Of a DNA stretch of 64,000 bases, positions 33,234-46,291 are shown piece by piece. The stretch is from Marsupella aquatica (Eukaryota > Plantae > Marchantiophyta). Position numbers and translations under genes: made by a program. Location: assembly GCA_973895155.1 (NCBI GenBank), contig OZ316898.1, positions 10,568,286-10,632,285 on the forward strand, read 5' to 3'. The notes under the pieces are model-generated. The model was not told the DNA's origin. It saw only the letters and a list, made by a program, of their open reading frames with translations, and did not search any database. Each line of letters starts with the position of its first letter. Positions within the stretch are counted from its first letter, which is position 1.

Positions 33234-34719
33234 GAACTGTCTATATATCCTGGCACAAACCATTAGGTCACATCAGAAATCCCTTCATCAGAAATTCCTT
33301 CTATTTTATAAAAATCTTGAAACTGGACACCAGTTTGTTTGGTCCTCTCTAGCCTTTTCTCTCCTTTTCTTGTTGTACTTGGTTGGACCTTCTTCAGTAA
33401 GTTGCTCCCCCTATGGTTTTAGTTGGGCTTTTCTTATTTAAAAACGTTAACAGGAAATGGGCCCTCGTGAATAATCAGTGGCAACAAGGAACACCCAACA
33501 GTCACTAGTGGGCCAACCTTAAAGGCAGGCTTTAGCTGGTAATAATTACTATTATTACACCAAAAGCAGGTCATCGTTTCCAATTCTGCCCATTGTTTGA
33601 TAGACAAGTTGCATTTCTCTTCTGCTTTTTCGAAGGTAGCATCTTCTCCCCACCAGTGCGACGAGGACCTGAATTGTACAGAAGGAGTAGACTGCACGAT
33701 TAGTCCGCTAATGAGAACACCAGGTCCTTGGTGACTGTCCAAAGCGAGATCCAAAGCAGCTTTGTTGGGGATCCAGCGAAATCCAGACCTCAATTTTTGG
33801 CTTCTAAAGTGTCCAGCAGTACCGGACGACCTCTCTCTTGGATTCTATTCTGCGCCCAACTTGCACTCTCTCTTGCTTTTTCTTGCAAAATTAATCTCCA
33901 GAGACCGAGTCAATCGTCGCTCGTGATCAACAGTTTCCTTGTTTTGCAGTTCTCATACTGTCTTCTCGCCTAGAGCCCAAACCTGGATGCTATTGTGTGC
34001 CGGATCAGGCTCACTCGCGTCTCTTGCTAGCAGTCTCTTGCTTTCTAGCTTGACGCGCGCCTGGGGCAAGCTGGTTAAGCAGGTCGGTTGCATGGTTGGT
34101 CCTTAATCAAAGACATTCAGCATTTCTGCCAAATTGATGACTACGTGATTGAGCCTAGGCTCCTAGTTGAGTAGTTTCAACCTCTGACCACTTTGTTTCT
34201 GTGTTTATGACAACTCGCTTTGATGAGCGTTGAGTCGAATTGAGTTGAGTCGACTCACTGAAGCCAATTTGTGGCCTGTACTTTCTTTCCAAATGACCGC
34301 CTTGATGAGCATTCAGTACGTTGATTCCAAACACCACACGAGTGGGGACATAGCGTGAGCGTTCCGTCCTTTCCAATTGCATTGGAAGAAATGTGAGTAC
34401 CGTAATAGTTGTTGTAGAATCTCGCCTTCTGAGCTGATTTGAGTTCGCGCCCAACAAAAAGGACCAAAATAACGTGAGCAAATTGCATTGCAAGAGCGAG
34501 CCTCTCTTTTTCGTTGCAACTAGATTCACTGCAAGCTCACTAGATTTGTCATTGGCCATAGACGAATTCATCGAGCTCCGTCGTACGCATGCTTGGTAAT
34601 AAGACAGCAATAAGGCCACTCTCTCGATTTCCAAAGATCCTTGCAAGATTATATTCTTCCATTTGAGACGTGAGTAGTCAGCCTCTCACACTGTTTCCTT
34701 CTCTTTGCATGTCCATGTA

Positions 34720-34833
34720 GCCTATTGTAATAAGGTGTACATGAGTGTACTGGCCCGAATAGCAGCCATTACAGGCCTATTGTAACAAGGTGTACACGAG
34801 TGTAATGGCCCGAATAAGGCAGCCATTACAGGC
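34720..34833. repeat. Tandem duplication, 2 x ~55 bp
   Basis: gcctattgtaa.aaggtgtaca.gagtgta.tggcccgaata..gcagccattacagg occurs twice. Confidence 0.9.
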
Positions 34834-34849
34834 TACCATAAACCCCGTG

Positions 34850-35445
34850 GCCCAAACTCCCTATGCCGTCCATCACACAAGCATAATCAAAGATGAACGT
34901 GTCTATCCTTATTCATAAACATAGTCTACATATATATAAAAAATTGTTACCAGATAAATTATTGCCTATAGCTTCATTCTATGGAGTCTGTCATGAAAAG
35001 TATACTTCCATCACAAATAATAGTGTAGATGTTGGTCAACATTCCCCATGCCTGTCCCTAAATTCACAACATTATCCAGATATAAAAAAATTCAGTTTTT
35101 TGTCTGAGAAATTACTGCCTATGGTTTCACCCCAAGGAATATGTCATGAAAGGTAGACTTCCATCCCGAATATTACTGTGGGTGTTGGTCAAGACTCCTC
35201 ATGCCTTCAGGTCTCTCCTCACAAGCATGATCTAAATATGATAAACAAAAATCTGTTATTTGACTTTATAGCCATGAACGGTAGACTTTCATAGCAAATA
35301 ATAGCATATATGCTGGTCAAGACTCCCCATACCTCTTTAATTTCACCAGCATAGGTTAAATATAAAAGTATTTCTATCACCAGAGATATTAGGGTCCATG
35401 GCTTCACTCTATGTAGTAAGTACGTCATGAACTATAGACTTTGAT
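34850..35445. repeat. Degenerate ~120-150-bp satellite-like array (about 4 units); related unit at ~45180-45300
   Basis: Recurring gtcatgaa..gtagactt, ggtcaagactcc.catg and cacaagcat.atc.a.at. Confidence 0.65.
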
Positions 35446-35519
35446 TGCAGATTATGGTATATATGTTGGCACAGAGACAAGAAGTCTGGAAGGACCAGGA
35501 CCTTTGACAAATAGCTTGG

Positions 35520-35775
35520 ATTGACCACAAAAATTCAGATGGACCATTTCAGATATTGCTTTGAACTCAAGTAAAGTGTCCCTCCTTTGGGTCTCAAAAG
35601 CTGCTAGGTCCGTTTGAGGTGAGTGGCTAAAACTAGTGACTACAACAATCCAGATGGACCATTTCAAACATTGCTTTGAACTCAATTAAATTGTCACTCT
35701 TTTGGGCCTCAAAATCTGCTAGTCCATTTGAGTTGGGTGGATAAAACTAGTGACCCCTCCAAGCATCAACTTCTG
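35520..35775 (-). pseudogene. Two tandem copies of the kinase-like fragment also present at ~33030-33130
   Basis: gatggaccatttca...ttgctttgaactcaa...ctcaaaa.ctgctag.tcc occurs twice. The minus strand reads EFKAISEMVHLNF, which fits the RLK E-x3-IS-x3-H-x-N pattern. Confidence 0.35.
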
Positions 35776-36703
35776 GCCGCGGGCATCAGAAGCAAAAAGC
35801 TTACTTATAAAATATACATATTGAGGGTTGAGGACTTCCTTTTCAAATAATAATAATAATGAAGGCTTGCTTATGGGTTGCAGGCAGATGCAGGAATATC
35901 ATTTGGGGAACCAAAAGAAGCACCACTGAAAGTCAAGTCCTTTAAATCACGGGAAAATATAATCTTCCCGTCTTTTCCTTCATGCAGTGCCTTCTGCATT
36001 CTGCAAATGTTTTGGGTCCTGCATTATTGGGGAACAATAATCCCTGTTAGTTTGATTGACATGTCTTTGTTTGATTGCTTGTGGATCCCTCAATGCCATG
36101 TAGTTATCACTTTTTTGGTGACATGTATAAAGGAAGACTTTCTCATATGGATTTAATGGAAGGGAAACTAAGCCCAAGAGAAGGAGCTGTGTAACTGGCT
36201 TGAAGAAGTATCAACCTTATAATTAATTCTTTTTGGTTTTCATCCATGCCAAAAACGATTTAGGAAAACCGTTCATAATGAAAGCTCAAGAACTCCGCAC
36301 CCTTTCCACGGTTTAGCACATTGAAAGATGGCATTCATAACAATTGAAAAAATTCTGCAGAAAGAAAACTGAAGGGGACATAACCTAGGATGACAGACTC
36401 AGGTAGTTCCCTTCTTTATCCTTTCAAGAGGATTAAAACCAAACTGGCCTACTACAAGGGCAAATCAATGTCCTACACAGGAAAAGATTTGAAAAAAAGA
36501 ATGAAGAGACTACTTAAAATGCTCATGAGTAGGTGAAAAACAATTCACATATTTAACAAACCCAAGACATCAATCATCTATGTATGAAACGTAATTTTGG
36601 TTAGTCCACTAGATATAGATATTAATGGAGAAGTCATTTTTGGAGAAGTCAAGTTGTGAAACTTGATTACCCTAACACTTTGCTTTGGCATTGCTGACTC
36701 CAA

Positions 36704-38171
36704 TGTCGAGCTCCTCTAAGGTCCAGGCCTTTGGAACAACCATCCTGTGGGGACTAAGTATGGGGAGACTAGTGGACAACGAGGCGATGCACTAGCAAGG
36801 GCAATGCGCAAAGCTGGTGACGCACATTAAGGACTTAGACTATGATGGAGTTGGTCGGGTCATAGGAAGGGCCAGACTCAGGGTGGACTGTCCTGACCCT
36901 TGGACGGACTTTGAGTCGTGAGGGCTTGAGTGAGAGATCTTCTTGGGCCCAAGGCTAAGGAAGCTTATTTCACTCGAAACATACATTTGGCACATGAGAT
37001 ACTGTGCGGCCCAAGTGTGGCGGTCTAGGAACCCCAATTAATGATAGGTTCTGAGGGCCTAGGCATGAGCAATGGGTTGGCCCAATCACAACGGACTAAG
37101 ACACTTCATTTACGGACATCTAGTTAGAAAGTTATGGACATCTAGCTAGAAAGTTATGGGCATAACAAGTTAGTTTAATAGTGTCCATGTGTGTAGGTTA
37201 GAGTCCAAGTTGAGGGCCAAGTATAGGGGACTAGAGTCGGTCCAGGGGTGGCAGGTCTCCAGAAGTATATATGAGGGGAGTGGTGTCTCCCTAAGGGCTA
37301 AGGGCGAGCCCAAGTCGTGAGCCATGGTGGTCACGACACTAAGGAGAAACACGAAACAAAAATGATGATAACTTCTCAACGGGAAGTCTGTTGGAAAACT
37401 TATTGGATGTGTTGGAAAGCTCTTGAGGAGGACTATATTCTCTTGATCTCAGCTAGGTTCTGGGGGTGCCTTTGGGTCTTGAGGTTTGCAGAGACTATGT
37501 TACCTGCTTACCAAATCCTCCCAAAATAGTAGCCAAGCCGCGTTCAGTTTCCCAAGGGGGCTTGCATTGGGGAGACAATGCAGAGTAAGCATGGCTGTTG
37601 AGGTCCAGGTGATATTGACCCCTAGAGTCTCAGTTGGGTTGGAACCTTGGAGATGGTAGCTATAGTCGGGGCCGACTGGTTCTGGCGTTTAGTACAAGCT
37701 TGGGACGAGCATTGGGACAAGCTAGCTTATTTGGGGCATGAGCATGTCCTAGGGGCAGGGTCAGCCAGTGACAAGTAGGAAGTGGGGAAGCACGGCACCC
37801 ATAGAGGGGTTGTTCTGGACGAACAATGAGTGTTGGCTCTGGCTTTGGCTTATGGCAAGGCCACGTAGGCACGGGAGGTTCTATTCACTACCCTACTTAC
37901 CAATGTTTGTTGAGCTTGAGTCAAGATGCTAGTCTTAATTCCTAGAACCTGCTGCTTACCTAGGTGTTTGATCACTTGTGCAGACAATGAGGACAATGAG
38001 CAAGTGCAACTTTGTATGGGAGTTTCCGGCGGAGGTACTATAGGTACCAAGTTGCTTGCTCAAGGAGTTCTGTGTAGGCGTTTGGGCACCAAGGGCACTT
38101 AGGCAAGAGTGCTGGGATTGGTGATGGCACTGGGTGACTAGGTCCACGACTAGTCAATTGGATCGACAACA
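36704..38171 (-). mobile_element. Probable degenerate LTR of an LTR retrotransposon
   Basis: TGTCGA...TCGACA(ACA) termini, a TATA-like tatatact at ~37270 and an internal 22-bp tandem. No matching TSD was found. Confidence 0.35.
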
Positions 38172-38599
38172 TTACTTGGTAGGACCACAAGAAGCTAAGG
38201 CCTCTTGCAAAATTGAATTAGTGAAAATTAAAAACTAGTTCTCTGGACGTCCAATAGCATCAATTGCACCTACAAATGAGCAATCCCCAATGACCCACAA
38301 TAACCCTTCACATGATCCCACATAAGGGCCAACTACGGATGCTAAAGAAGAATCCAAAATCAAAAATAGACCTACAATTAAAGGCGCATTTCATACCCAA
38401 CCCACTCAGAGTAGCCAACAAAGTGAAAGAAAAGAGCTTTCTATTTAAACTTTGAAGAAGCAGCCACAATACCAGTGCATGTGCACAAGAAAAGCTCCTT
38501 GTACAAAGACTTCCCATGTTTGTGTAGACTCACAAAGATAGTCTACATATCAAAATTTGCTAATATCTCAGGCTGTTAGTACAAAATTTAGGCCTATGG

Positions 38600-38937
38600 T
38601 TTAACTCTCTAGAGTAGGAAATGTACATGCAACACTTTCATCATGAATTATAGTGTAGAGATACAAACAATTTTGTTGCATATTGCTAAGTACTTGAATA
38701 GTTGAGTTGCCTATTAGGCCATGTCCTTGATTATGTTGAGCAAAGTTGCAATTCACAACAGCATGCACATGACCATCCAACTAATAAGTAGTTGACACAT
38801 AGAGAGATACCTGATAATATGATTAAGATCAAGATACTGAAACTTCCTTGTTCAACTTTTGGTAGATTCCTGGCTCCAAAAGGTACTACCACATGGGGGA
38901 CCGTGTAGTGTCCTACTTCAGATAGAAAGAAATGCAT
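38600..38937 (-). mobile_element. Ty3/gypsy-like reverse transcriptase remnant
   Basis: HFFLSEVGHYTVPHVVVPFGARNLP resembles the GHYEY.VMPFGL.NAP motif. QVLSNMQQNCLYL follows downstream. Confidence 0.45.
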
Positions 38938-41604
38938 GCAAGGAAACGTTTTAAAGGTACATTTGCTACTTTCATAATTTTGAATTGTTTGAATACATTA
39001 AATGCATTCGAATAATCAAAGCTCCAATGGACCACAATGTTTGACATATATTTTTCTTAATATATACATATAACACTCCCAAAGGACAAAAAACGCCACA
39101 AGTAAAATGCTTGATTTGAAACAAAAAGGAAAAGGAAAAACAAAGAAAGCAGGGCAAGAATATGACCAATGATCTTTGCTTTTCTGGCCACCTGGGAATA
39201 GCATCCTTCAGGCCCTAATGTAAGACAAAACACATTCATCCTCTACAGGATGTTATCACAATGGGCAAGAGTACTCCTCCTCACCTTTATGTGGGAACAA
39301 AGCAAAGTCTCAACTTGATTCTTTGGCTTTCCAGTAACCAGTTTATATCATTAAAAGTTACAACTAAAAGGCTTGATGGGGCCCCTGCAGAACAAAACCC
39401 CCAACTGAGCCCCCCCTGTTGAAAGGGAGTGTCTTGAGCCTCCCTCCCTCCCTCCCTATCACCTTGTGGAGCTCCTGCAGGGTGTGTATAGCCAAGTGGA
39501 AAGTACAACGGTTTTGGTGCTGCTGCAGGAACCCAGATGCGAAGTGCAGCAGCCTTTAGGGTCCACAACATGAACTTGTATTTTTCTTCATTAATGTTAT
39601 CACTCTATTATAGGAAGTCAAGTCTGTTTTTCTTTTGCCTTGAAACCAAAAGTTGACCAATCCAACACATCCAGGTGATCAACTCCAGAGCATGCACCTC
39701 TGTAGGGTAGCCCACAAGGGGGTCATACCCTTGATTAGGAGGGAAAGAGGGTTGGACCAGAACACCAAAGGGGACCAGCCAAGGGGTAAGGAGAAACCAG
39801 GACTCCCACAAGTACACCCCACCAACATACACACTCACCCTCCACAATCCTTGGAAGTGGAGGGGGCATTGAACATGGGACATCTCGGTTCTAGGCTCAT
39901 CCCCTGGCCAGCTGACCAAAGCCCATTGTGAATGAACTCGAGCGTGTGTACGTGGCCGCACACACACACACACTGACCAACGCCCTTGTGAAGGAACTTG
40001 ACTTTTTCCTGAAAGAATTTGACTGCACTTCTGGGTCCATTGGGACATTGCACATACACAACTTTTCTGAAGGATTGCGGCAACCCACAACCCTGCAGCA
40101 ACCTAGTGTTTGTGATTGTGGGACAAGATTTTGACCTTGCATGCATGATTGCAGTTGTGGGGCAGTTTCTCCTTAGTCTATTGGGGAGGAGCATACATGC
40201 TTTATGAGCAAAGCTAGCTTTGTGGGGATAAATTGTTGCAACGCGGAGTTGAAGAATTGGACATTCTACTTAAGCAATGGGAGCTGCTAGGGACGCTTGG
40301 CCTGAATTGGTATGGACGTACAGTAGGCAAGCTTGATGTGGAACCTGGAGCAGCACCACGACCTTGGTGCTAGCAACTGGGCTATCACTATGGCAGGGGT
40401 TGCAGACGCGGGGGGGGGGGGGGGGGTAGAAAGTTCCTTTTTGAAGGGGGGGAGGGGGGGGGGGGGTAGTTGGGTTTTTGCCCTGCAGGGGCCCCATGAA
40501 GTCTTTCTTTGTAAAAGCTACTTAAATGTTGGCTTCTTTCTTGTCTAGGAATGCATTTTTATTTGACAATCGAAAGGCACCAAAGCAGAATGGCCGGGGA
40601 GTAGGTACAAAAGCCAGTGTATGAAGGAGAACGTCTATTAATAATTCACTAATTTCAGGAGGCGGAATGGGAGTTTGGCTTTTGGTCAACAAGAATCAAT
40701 AAACAAGTACTTCTAACAAGCTCCTGATGTCCACTTAAAAAAACGCTGGTAGACCCCAATCTCCTGTTCGCCCATGCCACTTGCCCAAAGCAGACAACCT
40801 TTTAATGAAAGGCCTTCCCTGCTCAAAACCTGTGAGTAATGGCTTTTGACTTAGTAAGTGCTAATTGTTGCACTTAGGATCTTGCTAAATCCCCTTCCCT
40901 TCCCCAAAGGCAGCCTTTTATTTACATGATCTGATCACTAGAATGTTTGCACGTGACCGTCATACGATATATGCTTTGGCAAACTAATAAAGAGCTGGAT
41001 ATTTACTTAATGCCACGATTGTCCATCCCTCCGACGATGTCAAAGCTACCACGTGAGTGAGAGTGATTTGTGCAGAAATTCAGGCCAATCCAATTCTCCT
41101 TTACCATGTCTATTGTTAAGGTAATGTAATGTATGTGCCCCACTCGCATTATAGATGACTGCAGGTAGCAGTGCAGGGAATGTAATCATTTCTAAACTCT
41201 ATTTCTTTTTTAATAAGTTACCTGTTTGTTTGTTTGTCTTTGGGACCTTTTTGTATTAAAACTAGTTGATTACAGGTGTACTCCACATGGACTATGCTCT
41301 TTACTTTTTCAAAATCAGCCGTGTCAATCCTCCCATTATCCTAAATATAAGCTGATAATGTGGGGCACACTAGGAGTTGCTTTTTCATCGTGGACAAATG
41401 TAAAAAGAAAGAAAAGAAAGAAAAGAAAATGTGCATTGAATTGTAGCCCATTTGACTGTTTCCTCTTGTCCGTTATCAAGACCTCGAGAGATCACCAGTT
41501 TTTTGTTGTTTTTAAAAGCGGTTAGGAGAACCATACAAGATCACCAGTTGTCTTAGTCGACTTTTGGTGAATGATAGACCCCTTCTACCCGCAAAAGCAC
41601 TCAA

Positions 41605-41983
41605 CCTCCTCCTTTCATGGTGCCTTTAGTTTGGCTTATATCCTATGATTTGGGATATCTCCTTTCATGATGCCTTTACTTTGGCGGTGCCTAGTTTGGC
41701 TAGCTTATCCTATGAATTGGGATATCGTACTCGTTTCATGGTGTCTTTACTTTGGCACAACCTATGAATTGGGATACCTCCTCCTTTCATGGTGCCTTTA
41801 GTTTGGCTTATATCCTATGAATTGGGATATCGTCCTCGTTTCATGGTGCCTTTACTTTGGCACATCCTATGAATTGGGATACCCTCCTCCTTTCATGGTC
41901 CTTTACTTTGGCACATCGTATAAGTTGGGAGATCCTCCTCCTTTCATAGTTCCTTTAGTTTGGTTTATATTAAGTATTGGGAT
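41605..41983. repeat. ~52-bp minisatellite, 7 copies
   Basis: Unit ctcctttcatggtgccttta(g/c)tttggc...cctatgaattgggata. Confidence 0.92.
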
Positions 41984-43019
41984 CAAAAGCACATGAAAAA
42001 CTGCTCCTTTTAGATAACTATATACTTTTTCATTCATTTAATAAGTCTTGATACGTACAGTAGCACTTAGTGCCACAGACCCCATAACCCAGAATCTGAC
42101 TGTGATCCATAAATTCAGGGAGAACTAAGGGTCAGAAATGAATCTTAAAGAAGTAGATAAGTAATCTTGTTAGCAGGTTCTCCATCACACAAGGTCATTA
42201 ACCACCCGGCCGGAAAGAAAACAACCTTAAAAATTACCCCTACGGTGGAGGCTTAAGTGTCTCTACAGAGAAGCAGAAGTAATGAAATACTCCTACACAC
42301 GGGTGTCCACTTCCCACTTCACCACGATGGACACCATTGTACATTATGGGTGTACAGCCTTGCTTTTGGCTTTGCAAAGAGACAGTACAGTAATGTGAAA
42401 GTGAGCAAGAATCTTTGGAGTGAGCGTTGGCGTCAGGCTTTGAGTCTGGGCCACTCTCAATGGGTGGGCTGCTGTCCTTGGCCCTTTTTGGGACGGACAC
42501 ACACCATGCTTGGATTAGATTATTACTGTAGATCCTTTTAGTTAATAATGTGTCATCCCAAACAGGATCCCAAGTACAGTATTGTTAACTTGGTTTGCAG
42601 TTCTCAGCAATGAAAAGTTATATTCACTGGCTTCCAGGCTTTCAAAGGTGACTAGTTTACCTTTTCCTGACCGAAAATCTCCTTTTTCTGGTATTTTGCT
42701 TGTACCCAGCCGATGCATGTGTTCACTGCATATTTCAATAGAAAACACCATTTTCTGGGCACTCTGCCTCATGTAAAGTTTTCTTGTTAGTGTGTGGGAA
42801 TTCAATTCTCTCCCCATCCCCCAAGTGCCTACATATTTTTCCAGCCCACCACTTTTGGGAGTTTGAATTCTGGTGCTGGTCTCCAATTACTCTAACTCTT
42901 TATTATTTGGGCGAACCATGTTATGACTAGGGCATCCCCACTCGTCAATAGCACCAGGTCCATTTTAGACAAGATCCACCTCACAAGTTACAATAACTTA
43001 AGTGCAAGTGGGTTCCTAC

Positions 43020-44720
43020 ATCCAGCAGGAGGTCTTTGGGTCTTTGGGTCCTTGGCTCCCCTGTCGGTACCTTTACCTTTTGTTCATCTTTTATTGCATA
43101 TGCTCTACAAGCTGCTTTAAACCCAGCTTCTTTGCTCCCTAAGCTAGCAGATACTCAAACAGCATTTGGGATGTTGTTGAGATGCCTTCATCCCAGGGCG
43201 TCTTATCTTGCTAGGACGTATCCCCCTATTGAGGATATAAGATTTACACCTACATACCTTTGATGTTTCTATTTGAGAGATTTTTGCCTCCCTATTAGGA
43301 CCTGGTTCTTTGCTCTCATCTTTGTGGTTTTGTGGTTTCACCAACAGTTCACACTTCCTATTTCTCAAGGTGATTTTGGACTTACTTCCATTGAGAACAT
43401 AGCCCCCTTGGCATTTTTGGGTTCGTGGGCGGCCTCGTCCTCATTGTTGGCTTATTGCTTCCTTGTTGAGGATCAACCTTTTTACTCTTGCATCTCTTAT
43501 GGAGGTTGAGGAGGGTTCCCTCCCATTTCAGGTTCATTTGTGCAACGCACGGTCCTCACTACCGGATCTTGTACATGCCGGCATTATCTTCTTTTCATGA
43601 GTTTTTATCCTTGGACCCTCTCTGCCGTCAGGCTGACCTTGTTGAGCGTATGCAGCACACTTTCACCCTCTCTAGCATCCTCGCCAAGGCACCTGAAACG
43701 GACTGAACTTGGATTCTTTCTTCTGGAGAGAAAGGTGTTGGAGGGTGGGTTCAGGCCAATCCGACCATCCTCCATCTATGGATGTCTTCAGAAGAATTCT
43801 CCACCGTCATTCGTCTTTGTCTAGGGCTACCCCATCCTCTTCTCATAGGTCTACCCACTTCATGCACATGTGGGAAGCCTTGTGATACCACAGGGGTCCA
43901 TCTTCTTCGATGCAATTTGGGAGGCGAAACCATCGTTGTTCATGATATTGTGAGAGATGTTAATGCTCAGGTTCTCTTTGGGTCTTTGGTACACGTGCGG
44001 ACGGAGGTGATGCTTGAGCTACCTGGGCCTCCACCACAACAATTACAGGTTGATCTAACCATGGTCTGTGATGGTTGGCATACTTTGGTGGATGTTGTGG
44101 TAGCAAACCCTTTGCATCAGGACCTCATTGAGTTAGCAGTGGCATCCCGGACGGCCCACAACAAAGGAGGAAAAATATGCCGCTTGATCTTCATCGGATT
44201 CCTACCTCCCAATATATTGAGATTTTTGGGCGTCCTCATCATTAGTTTGAGGGGCTTCTCCGATAGGCTGCTTGTGACATTCACGGATGGATGGGTCCCT
44301 CCAGACCCCCACTATCCATCTTGACCACACACTTTTGCCAAAGCGTTTCAGCGGCCTTACAGTGTGCCCAAGCTTGCACCATTTATCGTCGATCCCTCAC
44401 AGTAGGAGCCATTGTGCCTCCGCCAACCCTAGCCCCCCTAGAGGACATTACTGTCCCACTTGCTGATTTAGTTAGGATATTGGATGTGGCCTATTAGCTC
44501 TTGTCACATTTTCCAGTGTGGACACTAGTCCTTGAGTTTGCACTCCTGCACTCTTTGACACCCTTCCCTTTATTTTCTTCAGTTTTTTAGGTTTGCACAT
44601 GCTCTCTTTTTCTTTGTTTGGTTTTTGTCGTCTTTGGTCCTCTTTTTCTTTGGACCACTTTTTCTTGCCTTTCATTGTACTGTTTTTTCCCCTGGTATAT
44701 TAACTTTGGTGACTTTTTTT
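43020..44720 (+). mobile_element. CRE-clade (RLE-type) non-LTR retrotransposon relic, copy B
   Basis: GLWVLGSPVG...LADTQTAFGMLLRCLHPRASYLARTYPP, LPISQGDFGLTS..APLAFLGS, RLCLGLP..CTCGKPCDTTGVHLLRC (CCHC), HDIVRD, E, VDL, VDVVVANP, KEEKY, EIFGR and VSAALQCAQA, followed by a T-rich 3' tail. Several stops and frameshifts. Confidence 0.85.
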
Positions 44721-44951
44721 TTTTTACACTCATGCTTAGATCATGAGTAAAGTGGTACCACTCGTTTGTACCCCCTCCTTTAGAGCTCATGCCAGGATTT
44801 GCTGAAGTATCTCACTTGCTTTTCCACGCTCTTTCTGGACATAGCATTTACTTTGCCGTCTTAATCAGCCCTGAGCCCACCAAAGCACCAAAGCACCAAA
44901 GCATGTCTGGTGATACAATAAAGTTATAAAGATCCTGGCATGGTTAGCGAC

Positions 44952-45509
44952 ATGGTCACGTTGTCCTTGTCCTTACATGGTGGGGGTAATCAGAGCAGCT
45001 CCATCTTGAGATGGCATGATTTTGTCTTGTCTCTAGGAAGCTCCAAAAGGCAGAGCAAGGATGCTCCTCCTTTACTCTGGCCAACTTTCAGGAATCTCTT
45101 GTCTTGTGACCAAACATAGTAAACCTTCCCTTTCCCAGCACGAATAGTCGTGTGTATGCACAGGAAGAGTTCCCTGTGCTCAAACTCCCCATGCTGTCCG
45201 TACTCATAAGCATAATCTAAATCTAAAAAATCCTGATTACCAGAGAAGTTGTGACCTATGGTTTCACTCTACCAAGTAGGTCATGAAGGGTAGAATTTGC
45301 AACTATAGTATAGATGGTCACTTTGTAATTGTTCTTACATAGTGGGGATAATAAGAGCTTCATCTTGAGATGGCATGATTTTGTCTTGCCTCTGTGAAGC
45401 TCCAAAGGTCAGAGCCAGGATGCCTCTCCCCACATTGGCCAATTTTCAGGAATCTCTTGTCTTGTGACCATGCTGGTGACCAAACATGGGTAACCTTCCC
45501 TTTCCCAAC
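44952..45509. repeat. ~190-bp direct repeats (44952-45140 and 45314-45509) around a ~175-bp spacer
   Basis: catcttgagatggcatgattttgtcttg, aagctccaaa, ttcaggaatctcttgtcttgtgacca and aaccttccctttccca are each duplicated. Confidence 0.85.
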
Positions 45510-45898
45510 AAAAGACTTCATGGGGACGCGTGTGAAAAGGCTCCCGAGAAACCCCTTCTTTTGGAAAAGGACTTCCAGGGGCCCCAGGACCTGCCGCCCC
45601 CTCTTCTCCCTTCCATCCCAATGTCCATGCAGTCATGGGTCAGTCATGGGTGTGCCCTGCTGAATCACAGGTTTAGGGTGATTAGGGTGATTTCTGAGCA
45701 TGTTTGGAACCCTTAACAGTATGTACTGTTGCTGAAACAGCATAGGATGGGCCAGGAAAAGGATGAAGGTCACAACAATTTTGAAGGTCTCAGGGGACCA
45801 ATCTCTTAATTTCTTTGTTTAAAAAATGGGAAACCACCATTGAGCAAGAAATCTATACAAGTTTTGTATAGCTGTTTTGGTTGCCACAATTGATCTAA

Positions 45899-46291
45899 GG
45901 GCGACTTTACAAGAACAAGAGGACAACAATTGACCAGCAATCACTTGTTTTGGCATACCTAATCCACAAGTTCATTGAAACTAATAACTGAACAAATGAG
46001 GTAGTCTTATAGTCGCTCCCATCCATGTAGGTTTGGCAGATGTCGTGTCCAAATGTTCTCTAAATTTCACATAAAGTCTGGTCACTTGATATGTCCAAAT
46101 GATCTCTAAATTTCACATAAAGTCTGGTCACTTGACATGAACGGTTGTGATAAAATCTAAAAACAAAATATTGGAAGTGACAGGTCATTCATTTAATATG
46201 GATTTTACATGAATGGTTGTGATCAAACTAAAAACAAAACCTTGGAAATGACAGGTCATTTGTTGTCCTGTACTTCTTGTAAAGGCCCCCC
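45899..46291. mobile_element. PIF/Harbinger MITE with TAA TSD and internal tandem duplications
   Basis: TAA|gggcgactttacaagaacaagaggacaacaattgacc ... ggtcatttgttgtcctgtacttcttgtaaaggccccccc|TAA. The TIR core GGG..CTTTACAAGA is shared with the 13988 element. Confidence 0.82.

Noticed and set aside
45671-45693. Telomere-like TTAGGG repeats
   Set aside because: Only two degenerate units, so not an interstitial telomeric array.
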